Shown here in pieces: positions 1 to 10,996 of a stretch of DNA of 64,000 nucleotides (its first letter is position 1; every line of letters starts with the position of its first letter). Both the position numbers and the translations under genes were made by a program. Source of the stretch: an uncultured Nitrososphaeraceae archaeon (GTDB taxonomy: Archaea; Thermoproteota; Nitrososphaeria; Nitrososphaerales; Nitrososphaeraceae); the NCBI GenBank assembly GCA_963765895.1, contig CAVXZB010000064.1, positions 64,001 to 128,000 on the forward strand, read 5' to 3'. The notes beneath the pieces were generated by a model, which worked only from the letters and a program-made list of their open reading frames with translations, did no database searches and was not told the DNA's origin.

Positions 1-757
1 CACCGTTGCCTCGATGGCAGCCCTAAATGCAAAAGTATTGTACGATGCTGATGTGTCGGTCGGAACAATGGGCCCACCAATTGCCGAACAAGCTCTTCAG
101 CAGTCCCAGCTACTTTGTGACGCTGATGAACTTCACCTTTATAGTGACAGAATATTTGCAGGAGCCGACACACTAGCAACTGCTGAAGTATTGCGAGCGG
201 GTATAGATAAGATGCACAATGGTGAAAAATCTGATATAGTCTTTTCAGGTCATCGAGCATCGGATGGTGAGACGGGCCAAACGGGTCCGCAAACAGCGTG
301 GAAATTAGGATATCCCTTTTTTGGAAACGTCATAGATTTTAGTGTGGATGTTGAAAATCGACTTGCCAGAGTAACACGATTGGTCCCTATTCAAGGACTT
401 TATGATGTAATTGAGGAAATCGAGGCGCCTTTACCTATCTTTATCACTATACATCCCTCGTACAAACCTACATTTACTACAGTCTCCCAAAGACTATCGT
501 TTTTTAAGTGTCAAAAAGAAGCCAGAGACCGCGCCTCTCTCTATAAGAACCACCTAAAGACATTTACGGCGCAGACGTTAGGTGTCGATCCCAAATTGGT
601 AGGATTGCCTGGTTCGCCGACAATTGTCTATAGAGTAGAAAAAATACCTAGAGCCAAGACCAGTCGGATGGCAGAAATCATAGAAGGGTCGAATCAAGAC
701 CAAATCCGAGCTGTAGCAAAGAAAATCACCGATATGATAAAGGTGAAGGAAATATGA
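1..757 (+). CDS. fixA: Electron transfer flavoprotein beta subunit (FixA/EtfB), 5' truncated by window edge
   Basis: Motifs TMGPP, DRIFAGADTLATA, DGETGQTGPQ and GLPGSPT; ATGA overlap with the ETF alpha gene. Confidence 0.9.
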   Translation, partial: TVASMAALNAKVLYDADVSVGTMGPPIAEQALQQSQLLCDADELHLYSDRIFAGADTLATAEVLRAGIDKMHNGEKSDIVFSGHRASDGETGQTGPQTAWKLGYPFFGNVIDFSVDVENRLARVTRLVPIQGLYDVIEEIEAPLPIFITIHPSYKPTFTTVSQRLSFFKCQKEARDRASLYKNHLKTFTAQTLGVDPKLVGLPGSPTIVYRVEKIPRAKTSRMAEIIEGSNQDQIRAVAKKITDMIKVKEI

Positions 758-1987
758 GTAACGTCAGCCAGCTGGCCTCGACCCCTGACCCAAAAACGTC
801 TAATGAAAAGTATAGGCATTTGTACGTTGTAATAGAACAGGAAGAGGGTAATCTGTTACCAGTGAATTTCGAAATGTTAGGTGAGGCAAGGAGATTGATG
901 GATGGATTTAATCTACGATATTCTGCCGAAGAGAAGGTTGTAGCCATTTTGCTTGGCAATGAAATGAGAAGTCAGTGTGACAAATTAATCAGCTATGGAG
1001 CTGATGCTGTGATATATGCAGAGAATCCGGAGCTCAAATACCATAGGAATCCGGTCTACACTAGAGTCATAAGCCAAATTGCAAATGATAGGGATTGTAG
1101 TAAGAAAATATCGGCCCGATACAGCGAAGAATTTAAGAGACCTCGATTCATGTTTTTTTCTGCAGATGATACTGGAAGGCATCTTTCGGCTACTGGTACT
1201 TGCTGAATTGGACTCTGGACTAGCCTCGGACATAAACAAACTTGTGATTGATGATATTGAATTAAAACACGAACACAAGACTAAGGGTCAAGTTGAAAAA
1301 TATTTTAAGACGTTGGAAATGTACAGACCTGACTTCTCAGGATTCCTGTGGACCACAATATTATGTCTTGATAACAGGCATCCTAATAACAGGAGGGAAT
1401 ACCATCCCCAGGCATGTAGTATTATTCCGGGGGTTTTTCAACCAGTCGAACCAGATAATAATAGAAAAGGTGTCATAGTGGATTACAAGGCAACACTGAA
1501 TACAAATGATTTGAGCGTCAAGATTTTAAATAGAAGGGTCGTAAAAAGCCCAATTGACTTTGACAGTCACAAGGCGATTGTGAGCTTTGGCCGTGGCATT
1601 AATGATTCTCCAGAAGAAAACATAGCATTGATTGACACTCTTAAACAGGAACTAGGGGCAGAAGTTGGCGTTTCGTTACCAATTTCGAAAAAAACTTACA
1701 ATATTTCAAACTCTAGATTGTCAGCCTATATAACAGCTGAACGGGTGATTGGCACAAGCGGCCGAAAGGTGGCCCCTACCTTGTACATTGCAGTAGGCAT
1801 TAGCGGAGCGATGCAACATATAGCTGGCATGAAAGAATCAGAATTTGTCATTGCGATTAACCCTGATACAGACTCGCCAATTAGAGATGAGTGCGACATA
1901 TTCATTAAAGGACAGATGGAAGATGTACTGCCCATGTTAATTGAAGAGCTTAGACAACAAAAAGCAATGGTGGAAGTGAGGAGCTAA
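754..1987 (+). CDS. fixB: Electron transfer flavoprotein alpha subunit (FixB/EtfA), one apparent +1 frameshift at about 1196
   Basis: ORF 754..1206 is the N-terminus (FEMLGEARRL, YGADAV). ORF 1079..1987 is the C-terminal FAD domain (IGTSGRKVAPTLYIAVGISGAMQHIAGM). Confidence 0.9.
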
Positions 1988-1991
1988 CAAA

Positions 1992-3864
1992 ATGGAAAAG
2001 TTCGATGTAGCGATTATTGGCGGAGGTTCTGCCGGCCTAGCCGCACTAAAACAGCTATCAAATCTTGGAAAGCAGGCCGTGTTATTAGAAAGTGGAAAAG
2101 CGATCGGTTCAAAGAGCATATCTGGAGGCATACTATATTCAAAAAAACCTAAACACGGTAGGGCTTACAATGTCGAAGATGTCTACGGACAAGAATTTGT
2201 CACAGAGGCCCCTCTAGAAAGATCGATTACGAAATACATCCTACATGCTACTTCGAATGATAAGGTATTTTCTATTGACCTCAGTTCTGCTCACAGCTAC
2301 CAGACCAACTTTGCTTACTCGGTACTTATGAATAAATTAAATTCTTGGTTTGCAAAGCAAGCAGGCGAAATCGCAGAAAAATACGGAGGGGGCATAATTC
2401 CAGGCGTTCATGTTCAGTCAATAGAGTGGAAGAATGGGACTACGATTGTTGAAACGAATGAATTAGAAACATTCCAAGTAAAAGCAATAATTGCTGCTGA
2501 TGGTGTCAATTCTGAGGTAGCAGAGCTCACAGGTGCTCGGCCGAAATTTATTCCGCAAGAGTTGTACCAAGGTGCCAAAGTCATAATTAAATTACCTGAA
2601 CAAATTATGGAACAAAGATTCAACATATCAGAAAATGACGGTGCTGCACATTTATTCTCTGGCGACATAGCTCAAAGACATATTGGGGGCGGATTTCTTT
2701 ATACTAATAGAGATACAATATCTCTTGGTGGTGTCTATCACTATGATTCGCTCTTAGATAGGGTTGTCGAACCTTACGAGCTCATTAATAAATTGATCCT
2801 AAACCCTATGGTAAGCGAATTCATAAAAGATGAAGTACCGCAGAAAGAAGAAATTGACAAAACTCTACCCAAAGAAGAGCAACTAAGAATCAGGTTTGCG
2901 GTAAGCAAATTGATTAGAACTTGGCAAGACTTGCGTCAGTCTTATTACTCGACATCGAGCACAGAAGACCTCATAAAAAGTGGGAAATATAAAACACGAG
3001 AGGAGATAGTAGCTAGGCTCGAAATGATTCGCAAAGAACTCGTTTCGAAGTATAGTACGAGATTTATCACCGACTACGTCGAATTGGAATACAGTGCCAA
3101 ACTTGTACCTGACGGAAAGAGATGTAGAATGAAGAAACCAAATCACAATAATGTGCTGTTCGTTGGAGACGCTGCAGGCAGGGGAATCTTTGTTGGTCCC
3201 CGCATTGAAGGAATCAATGTGGGCATAGACTGATGCGGTAAGAGCTGCCAACGCAATCTCAAGATCGCTCGACAGGAATAATTTTAACTACGAATATCTA
3301 GGAGGCTTCTATGCTCATTCTATTGATGAGAGTCCCTACACAAGGGATATGAAACAAATAGACAAAGACTATCTTAAGATCTTTCTAAATGCTACAAAAG
3401 ATATTCCCAAAGACATCATAGGCTCAAGATATAGCATGATATTTAAGCTGATGTCAAGTGAGACCTTCAGGGGGCTTGCCGTAGGGTTTGCTAATATCTT
3501 AGGATATGATCGACTTCTTCCAATATTAGAATCTGAAGAAACATATAATCAAGTCCCTATCGAACTCGCCGAAAAACTGGGTAAACGATTGAAATCTGAT
3601 TATCGACCATCTATACCATCGATCGCAGAGCGAGTTGCGAAATTAAAGTACGATGACGACACTGTATCTCACATTAAAGTTAATAATCCGACCAGCGAGT
3701 TTATGAAAAAAATGGTCTTGCTATGCCCTACAAAATGTTATACTATAGAAGAAAACCAGGTCGTACTCCAGCACGAGGGCTGCATCGAATGCGGTACGTG
3801 TGCTCCAGAAACTCAGTGGCGACATCCACGAGGAGAAAAAGGTATATCCTATCAATATGGCTAG
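1992..3864 (+). CDS. fixC: FixC-FixX fusion (ETF:quinone oxidoreductase-like flavoprotein with C-terminal ferredoxin), +1 frameshift at about 3231
   Basis: GGGSAG Rossmann motif, GGGFLYTN and VGDAAG. Removing one T at about 3231 joins GID-DAVRAAN... to the 3349 ORF, which carries CPTKCY, CIECGTC and WRHPRGEKGISYQYG. Confidence 0.85.
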
Positions 3865-3883
3865 GTATGTGATTCTTCACATA

Positions 3884-4432
3884 CTATTTCCATTTAATCG
3901 AGCATCCAATTGAAGGGTCAAAGCCATTCTTAATTTTACCACCTGCTAGTAATGTTTTTATATTATCTTCCATTATGTGAGTTTTAGCAATACTGTTAGG
4001 TTCAACAGCATCATTTATCCTACCGTGGTAGACCAGTCGTCTCTCACCATTAAACAGATAAGGATCAGGAGTACAAACTGCACCATATCTTATTGCCACA
4101 TCCTGAGCTTCGTCTATAAGATAGGGAAAATTCAATTGGTATTTTTCATAAAACTTTTTCATATTCTCAAATCCCTCCTCATCGTATGATGGATCGTTAC
4201 TATTAATACAAATGACCTGTAACTCGGACTTTTTGAATCTTGATTGTATTCTTACTATGTCAGTGATTCTAGCTTTGACATAGGGACAGTGATTGCAAAT
4301 AAATATAACTAATAAAGCTTCGCTTTTCCCAAACATTTCCAACGTATATAATTTATTATCTGTGCCTTTAAGTTCAAATTGAGGTGCTACTGCACCTTCC
4401 TTTAGTACCTGTGTGGACTCTGTTTTTACCAT
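3884..4432 (-). CDS. Thioredoxin-fold AhpC/TSA (PRX-like) protein
   Basis: FICNHCPYV, YGAVCTPD and C-terminal SIGCSIKWK. Confidence 0.88.
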   Translation of the reverse strand: MVKTESTQVLKEGAVAPQFELKGTDNKLYTLEMFGKSEALLVIFICNHCPYVKARITDIVRIQSRFKKSELQVICINSNDPSYDEEGFENMKKFYEKYQLNFPYLIDEAQDVAIRYGAVCTPDPYLFNGERRLVYHGRINDAVEPNSIAKTHIMEDNIKTLLAGGKIKNGFDPSIGCSIKWK

Positions 4433-4553
4433 TAACTGATCAGTGCATAATATACTAATAAAAATATTCTATTCTTCGCTAAATTCCTATGCATCTATGA
4501 ATAACCATTTGAAACAACTATCTTTGGTCTTTCGCGTGTCATAATACATAAAT

Positions 4554-4717
4554 GCCACTTGTGGCTTTTCATGTACAGAAATCTCATCTGGTTATACTAA
4601 CGTTAGTTGTTGGAATTAATTATTGACTAGCCAATATTTTAGACTTGATTTTCTTATGCCTGTACTGTCGCGACATGGAATTTCGAATTCAGAACATACT
4701 CGTATTTTCAGTATGTT
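4554..4717. promoter_or_regulatory. Cluster of dyad-symmetric sequences upstream of amt (candidate operators)
   Basis: GCCAC-TT-GTGGC at 4554-4565; ACTAACGTTAGT at 4596-4607; TGTCGCGACA at 4666-4675; AACATACT-N9-AGTATGTT at 4693-4717. Confidence 0.35.
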
Positions 4718-4800
4718 GGCATTTAGAGGAGCATGAATACGAAATTACCCCCGAATATCCAAGGGATAAATAGTATAAGGATTATTTCTACTCTGGTAAA

Positions 4801-6027
4801 ATGCCAATAGATACCGGTGACACTAGTTGGATGCTAATGTGTACCGGACTAGTTATGCTTATGACCCCTGCTCTAGGGTTCTTTGAGGCAGGCCTGATCC
4901 GAAGTAAGAATTCTCTTTCTGTAATCATGCAGACTTTCTCCGGTTTGGCAATACTATCAGTACTTTGGTTCATTATCGGCTTTACACTTGTTTATGCTCC
5001 ATCATTTGGTGGTATTATTGGTAAATTAGATTGGGCCTTTTTTAATGAGGTACCTTTTAAGACATCATTAGGATACGCCCCAACTATTCCTGGTGTTACT
5101 TTTGGAACCTATCAAATGATGTTTGCTGTAATAACACCGCTCCTAATCACCGGTGCATTTGCGGAGAGGCTAAAATGGAGTTCTTTCCTAATATTCATAG
5201 TAGCCTGGAGCTTGCTGGTCTACTATCCCTTAGCTCACTGGGTCTGGGGCAAGGGCTGGCTTGCGAAATTAGGAGTTTTTGACTTTGCTGGAGGAATAGT
5301 TATACATACTAGCGCCGGCATGGGCTCTCTTGCTGCTGCCCTTGTACCTGGACGTCGCCGCGATTTTGGTCCGGATATAATGGTTCCTCACAATATCCCT
5401 TTGGCAGTGTTAGGTGCGGCATTATTGTGGATAGGTTGGTTTGGTTTTAATGCAGGAAGCGCATTAGCATCAGGGAGTCTGGCTGCAAATACTCTATTGG
5501 TATCACATATTGCCTCTGCTACATCTGCTACAGTTTGGATCCTCTTGTCGTGGAAGAGATCAAAGAAGGCCTCGACCACAGCAGTAATAAATGGAGCGGT
5601 GGCAGGTCTTGCAGGTGTGACTCCAGCGGCAGGGTACATAACTGCACAAAGCTCATTCTTCTTGGGCCTAATTTTAGGACTAGTATCTTATTATGCGATC
5701 CTACTCCTTAAGGAACATTGGAAGATAGATGATGCATTGGATGTGAGTTCGGTTCATGGTATTACGGGGATAGTGGGTTCATTAGCAATTGGTCTTGTAG
5801 CTACTACAATAGTGAATCCCCATGGACCTACCGGTCTTATTTATGGAAATCCTATTCAACTTGCAATTCAAGCGCTAGGGATAGCCGTGGCTGCTGGCAT
5901 GGGATTTATAGGAACTCTCGTGATCATGAAAATTATAAGAAGGACTATCGGTTTGAGGGTAGAAGAGCACGAGGAAGATATAGGTTTAGACATCGCACAG
6001 CACGCGGAGAGGGCGTATGTTGAGTAA
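4801..6027 (+). CDS. amt: Ammonium transporter (Amt family)
   Basis: DTGDTSW, QMMFAVIT, HWVW, DFAGGIVIH, WFGFNAGS and DDALDVSSVHG; the twin His and Phe gate are present. Confidence 0.97.
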   Translation: MPIDTGDTSWMLMCTGLVMLMTPALGFFEAGLIRSKNSLSVIMQTFSGLAILSVLWFIIGFTLVYAPSFGGIIGKLDWAFFNEVPFKTSLGYAPTIPGVTFGTYQMMFAVITPLLITGAFAERLKWSSFLIFIVAWSLLVYYPLAHWVWGKGWLAKLGVFDFAGGIVIHTSAGMGSLAAALVPGRRRDFGPDIMVPHNIPLAVLGAALLWIGWFGFNAGSALASGSLAANTLLVSHIASATSATVWILLSWKRSKKASTTAVINGAVAGLAGVTPAAGYITAQSSFFLGLILGLVSYYAILLLKEHWKIDDALDVSSVHGITGIVGSLAIGLVATTIVNPHGPTGLIYGNPIQLAIQALGIAVAAGMGFIGTLVIMKIIRRTIGLRVEEHEEDIGLDIAQHAERAYVE

Positions 6028-6086
6028 CTTGAGATTTCATACCCCTAAACATCATATTTATGGGGAAAGGAGTAAATGAGCACCAA

Positions 6087-6438
6087 ATGAAGATGGTCCA
6101 AGCAATCATAAGGGCAGAGAGGATGCCTGATTTGAAGGAACATTTAAGATCAATTGGTGTCGGAGGCATGACAGTCTATACAGTATCAGGTTGGAGCAAG
6201 AAGAGAGAACTTCATCTTCAGTGGAGGGGTCAGCCCGTATCCTATGATCTTATACCAAGGACAAAATTTGAAATCGTTATTCCGGACGAGCAGACTAGAT
6301 ACTGTGATACGGACAATAACTGAACACGCTAGGTCGGGTAGCAGTGGTGATCATGGAGATGGCATAATATTTGTTTCTACCATAGAACATGCTATAAATA
6401 TTGCGACATTAGAAAAAGATGAGAAAGGTATCAAATGA
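6087..6438 (+). CDS. P-II family nitrogen regulator, +1 frameshift at about 6293
   Basis: MKMVQAIIR...GVGGMTV (first ORF) joins ARSG...GDGIIFVS (second ORF). Confidence 0.85.
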
Positions 6439-6567
6439 GTAAATTGCATCGGCAACCATATCGAAATCGAAAAACGAAAATGAATATGACTGAGCAGAGA
6501 ATGGTATCTAAAAATTCATATTGCCTAACTGCTCTTCTAAATTTTGTAGTGTGTTGTAGAAAAAATT

Positions 6568-6912
6568 ATGAAGCGTATAGATATAATTATACCACATGAA
6601 CGAATACGCGACGTTAACGAAATTCTTCATAATCACAAAGTTGGTGGGCTAAGTTTTTACGATATTAAAGGCAGAGGTCGGGCCAAACGTGAACCTATTG
6701 CGGTGGGTCGTGGTGTTATGCGATATGTACCAGAATTCGGATCCAGAACCAAAGTTGAGGTTCTAGTTTCAGACGACAAGGTAAAACCTATAATCCAGGA
6801 TATCATAGACGAGATGAGCACGGGCTCTTTTTCAGATGGCAAAATATTTCTATACGATGTTCTTGACGCCTACGATATAGGCACTAAGGAGACTCGAGAC
6901 AAGGCATTATAA
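6568..6912 (+). CDS. P-II family nitrogen regulator
   Basis: MKRIDIII, KGRGR, KVEVLV and DGKIF. Confidence 0.9.
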   Translation: MKRIDIIIPHERIRDVNEILHNHKVGGLSFYDIKGRGRAKREPIAVGRGVMRYVPEFGSRTKVEVLVSDDKVKPIIQDIIDEMSTGSFSDGKIFLYDVLDAYDIGTKETRDKAL

Positions 6913-7042
6913 TTCCGACCTTATTAGTATGTGTGATGCGTCATACAATATGAACTAGACAATTAGAAGGAAAACAATTCAAGATCTCAATACTTTGGTC
7001 GATCAAAAAAGGTTATTCAGTGATAGGCCTGATATATGACTA

Positions 7043-7426
7043 TTAGGATAATTTCGAGATCAGCTCCTTATACTTCATGATTAAATCAGGATCAACAACT
7101 CCTTGTACCACCATAATGTTACCATCTTGGAGTCTTATATCCATAGCCACAGCGCTGTAGGGGATTTCAAATTCCTCGATCTTTGATTCATCAGATGTGT
7201 CAAACATAATTTTGCATTCTCCATTATTACACGTATAACCAAAGATCCTTTCAACACGTCTTGAACCCGATCCACCGCCCCGCCCTCCGGCTGATCCCCT
7301 AGATTCCTGCACGATCAAAAAAAATATATCAATTTTGTTTCTCTTAGATAAATCTATTTCAGTACTGGAAACAAGAAGTTTTCTAGCGGGTAAAGCAAAT
7401 ACATCCTCTATTGAATTCATTGCCAC
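7043..7426 (-). CDS. Hypothetical protein with Gly/Arg-rich loop
   Basis: 127-aa ORF containing SRGSAGGRGGGSGSRR; protein-like composition. Confidence 0.65.
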   Translation of the reverse strand: MAMNSIEDVFALPARKLLVSSTEIDLSKRNKIDIFFLIVQESRGSAGGRGGGSGSRRVERIFGYTCNNGECKIMFDTSDESKIEEFEIPYSAVAMDIRLQDGNIMVVQGVVDPDLIMKYKELISKLS

Positions 7427-7566
7427 GAAAGCCTTATGACATAGGAATTTTGCATTGTTAATTATGCTCTCTGCGTTTTCAAATCAGACTATCGATCAGC
7501 ATAGTGCGATTATGATACACACAATGACACAAAGAAAATGTTTTTGCCTCTTGGAAGAAGTGCGGA

Positions 7567-9016
7567 TCAAGTTTCACCAATATTGTTGTCACCATATCCA
7601 TTTCTTGAGGATAATGCCTGGTTGGGCTGTAATACCATTTTTTTTTGCTGTCTATACCTTCTATAATCTTCATCTACCTCTATTGCTGACGCCAATATCT
7701 TACTTCTTATTGACTTGGAAGATTGTAAGAACATTTTAGTATCTTTTGGTAGACAATGACCACCTATTCCATCTCTTGGTTCAAGTATATTCACATTCCA
7801 TTTTGTATTTAGTGCATCTCGTAGTTCTGCAAAGTTTATGTTATTTGCTTGACAGTAAAGATACAGATCTTCTGCAAATGCTATTTGTAGATATCTGTTA
7901 GCATTTTCAGCAATCTTTGTAATTTCAGCAATTTCTATTTGAGGTACTGCATGCATACGAATATCCAAGCTCTTTTTGTGTGGATTTATTGTAGCCTGTT
8001 GTTGTTGTAGTTGTTCTTCATCTGTGACGATGTTATCATAATAATTATTATTTTCACTATTTTCTTTATCTTTATTATTATTATTATTATTATCTAGATT
8101 GCCTTTCTTTTCTGATTCTATTTCTATTCCGTATGCTTGACCCTTTATTTCTCCATTTATTCGTACTCTACCATCATAAAACTCCATAGCTACATCTAGA
8201 CAGCATTGACAGACTCCACCAAGTACTCGTAGTTGATTGACACCGTGTTCTTCTTGTTCTAATGCATACCAGCGATGAGGTGCATGAGCTACATGCAGTC
8301 TATGATTAAGCATTTCAAATACCTTCTTTGATGTACCTTTTGGAATAGTACTTTCTATTGAAACTAGTGCTCCATTCTTTGCTTCTTTTGATATCTTTTC
8401 AACTATAGATAATAGACCATCTATTTGTGGAGAAAACATGTCATCTGGTTTGTGTGTAGAAACACAGATGATAAAGACATCAAACGGACTAAAATCATAT
8501 GCAACGGAAGTATTACCATCATAATTATTATTATTATTATTATTATTATCTACTACTACTTACACTAACACTAGCACTATTACCATTATTTCTGGAGCTA
8601 TTATTGTTATTATTACTATCTCCAATCCTTTTTATTCCAGCTATTTTCTGTGCACGATCCATTGCTTTTGTACTTATGTCATAACCATATGTATCAAATC
8701 CACCTCTGTCCTTGATGTATTTTGCTACTGGTAAACCAAGTTGACCCAAGCCTATTACAAGAACTTTGCTAGACGAACTCTTATTTGCGGGGTAACTCGC
8801 TTGTGTGCCAAGATATTCTAAACCAATTTCTGAGGTTCGGTAAAGACCTTGAACCTTTTGATATCTAATCAAATCAGAAGCCATTAGACTGGTAAGATAA
8901 CTGTAGAATTGGTTATGAGTAAGAAACGCCCTGAACATGATTTCGGTTTTAGTCGCACCGGCACTTGCAGCAGTTAAAATTTGTGTCCTGATTTCCTTGT
9001 CTGTTCTCTTTCTCAT
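7567..9016 (-). CDS. Winged-helix domain fused to C-terminally truncated UDP-glucose/GDP-mannose dehydrogenase-family domain; frameshift at about 8550
   Basis: N-terminal wHTH (EIRTQIL...ATKTEIMFRAFL...YRTSEIGLEYL) is in frame with VLVIGLGQLG. After the shift: FDVFIICVSTH, IESTIPKGT, TKIAENANR and GIGGHCLPKD. Confidence 0.75.
8072..8092. repeat. (TTA)7 microsatellite encoding poly-Asn
   Basis: Read directly; lies in a low-complexity N/Q-rich insertion of the dehydrogenase domain. Confidence 0.9.
8525..8560. repeat. (TTA)8 followed by a short CTA repeat, encoding poly-Asn/Ser
   Basis: Read directly; the gene's frameshift falls at this junction. Confidence 0.9.
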
Positions 9017-9462
9017 TTATGATAATATTCTAAATGAGAGCATGGATAAAAGCAAAATCAAACTTTATTATAGTAAATACAGTAGTATAAGTTGACTACC
9101 AAAATAATCTGAACATTTTTAAGCTTGGCTAGCGGTAGTTATCCTGAATTTTCTGTAATAAGATTACTATATTTCAGCTAATCGTAGTAGGCCAAGACTG
9201 ACAGGTGGATTTTATTAACTGAGGATAAAGCGAGCTTTCAGCACGTTCATTAATAGTCAAGAAATCCTTCGATCCGACACGGTGGTCAATCTGAAATACA
9301 AAGATGACGGTAGGATTTGAGAATTACTCAACAGCTTACTGCCTAATGCCAGCGCTCGATATCTCTTATCTAGCAAGCAGAGAATGCGCGTCGATAATCT
9401 GTTATACATCAAAATTGTATCTAAAACAATCTTATTATAACAATAAAGCTTTAAGGATTTGA

Positions 9463-10867
9463 ATGACCGAGGTCAATCTTGAGGACGTATCATCCGTATT
9501 CCTAAGTGAATCCTCGACCGAAATTCGTAAAAGAATGAAGTCTGGTGAGCTTAAGATAGCTGTCTATGGATTAGGTCATGTGGGGTCGAGTATTGCCTCG
9601 GTGTGGCTTAGAGCCGGTGCCCATGTTATTGGTCTAGACAAATCGCAGAGCATAGTCAAGAATGCATCAAATGGGATAACACACATTCCTGAACCTGGTG
9701 TCAATGAAGCATTTAGCGAGGGTATTAGAGAAAAAAGGTTTAACGCATTTGAAAATGAGTCACAAATACAACAACATTGTGCCTTCAAAATAATTTGCGT
9801 ACCAGTCCTATCCAAAGACCAAAAGGCCGACTTAACTGCGGTAGAGGAAGTAGCCAAAGCATTAGCCTTACGTTTGCAGAAGGGTGATGTAATCGCATTA
9901 AATCCAAGCGTTCCACCTGGAACTACCGAAGAAGTCTTGGTACCGATCTTGGAGCAGAAAAACATACATTCATTAAGAGTCGAAAAAGACTTTTATGTGA
10001 TCTACAATCCGGAGAGGATCTATGTTGGACGGGCTATTGAAGATATAGAGCAGAATTACCCCGCTATCGTTGCTGGAGCCGGCAAGCTAAGTTTACAAAT
10101 AGGAATAAAGCTCTATTCTTTAGTCTTTAATAGAGGCGTCAGAGCCATGACAAACATTAGGACTGCTGAAGCCGAGAAGCTTTTTGAGGGTGTTTATCGA
10201 GATGCAAACATTGCTCTGGCCAATGAACTTGCCAAACTCTGCGACAGACTAGGGATTGATTTCTGGGAGGTTCAAACTGCTGCCTAATTCACAACCATTT
10301 TGCCACATCCACGACCCAGGAATAGGAGTGGGTGGTGCTTGCATACCGGTTTACCCGCAGTTTGTTTTGGAAGCTGCAAAGAAAGTTAATGCAGAAGGAG
10401 ATTTAATTAGGTTGGCGCGATCAATTAATGATGACATGCCTAGGTATGCTGTGGAACGTGCAATGGCGCTGTTAGGAAGGCACAGGAAACTCGGAAAGCA
10501 TCCCTTGGTTATAACACTTCTCGGTCTAGCATTTCGAGGAAATGTTTCTGATACACGACTCTCTCCAACATATTCCGTTATTAACGAACTGAAGAAGTAT
10601 GATGTTTCAGAAATAAGGATCCATGATCCACTTGTGCAGCGGGATCCTATAGTAGAAAAAGAAGAAAATGTTGTTCTCTATTCTGATATCAAGAAAGCAA
10701 TGGCAGGTGCCGATCTAGTAATAGTTGTTGCCAACCACAGCGAATATCAAAGTCTAAATCCCGATGTTATAAGAAACGCAGTAGTCTATGACGGAAGACG
10801 AGTATTATCTGATAACTTCAAACATAATAAAAAAGTTCTGTATGAATCATTAGGTATGGGTTTGTAA
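9463..10867 (+). CDS. Nucleotide-sugar dehydrogenase (UDP-N-acetyl-hexosamine dehydrogenase, WecC/WbpA-like), +1 frameshift at about 10283
   Basis: AVYGLGHVG, SVPPGTT, YNPER, AEAEKLFEGVYRD, PGIGVGGACIP, LGLAFRGNVSDTR and IHDP. Confidence 0.9.
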
Positions 10868-10996
10868 AGCGATTCTTGGACAATCCTTATTGAAAAGGTT
10901 GATATATAAAAATTTGATAAAATAATGAAAGCGGACAAGGTAGATTCTTAACAGTAATGAAATTTAATATATCTCTAAGAGAGAACAGATCCGCTA

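Noticed and set aside
1-6912. Nitrogen fixation cluster (fix plus amt plus P-II)
   Set aside because: No nif genes are present; fixABCX and P-II occur widely without nitrogenase.
8499-8684. Poly-Tyr/Leu ORF on the plus strand
   Set aside because: Antisense shadow of the TTA microsatellite.
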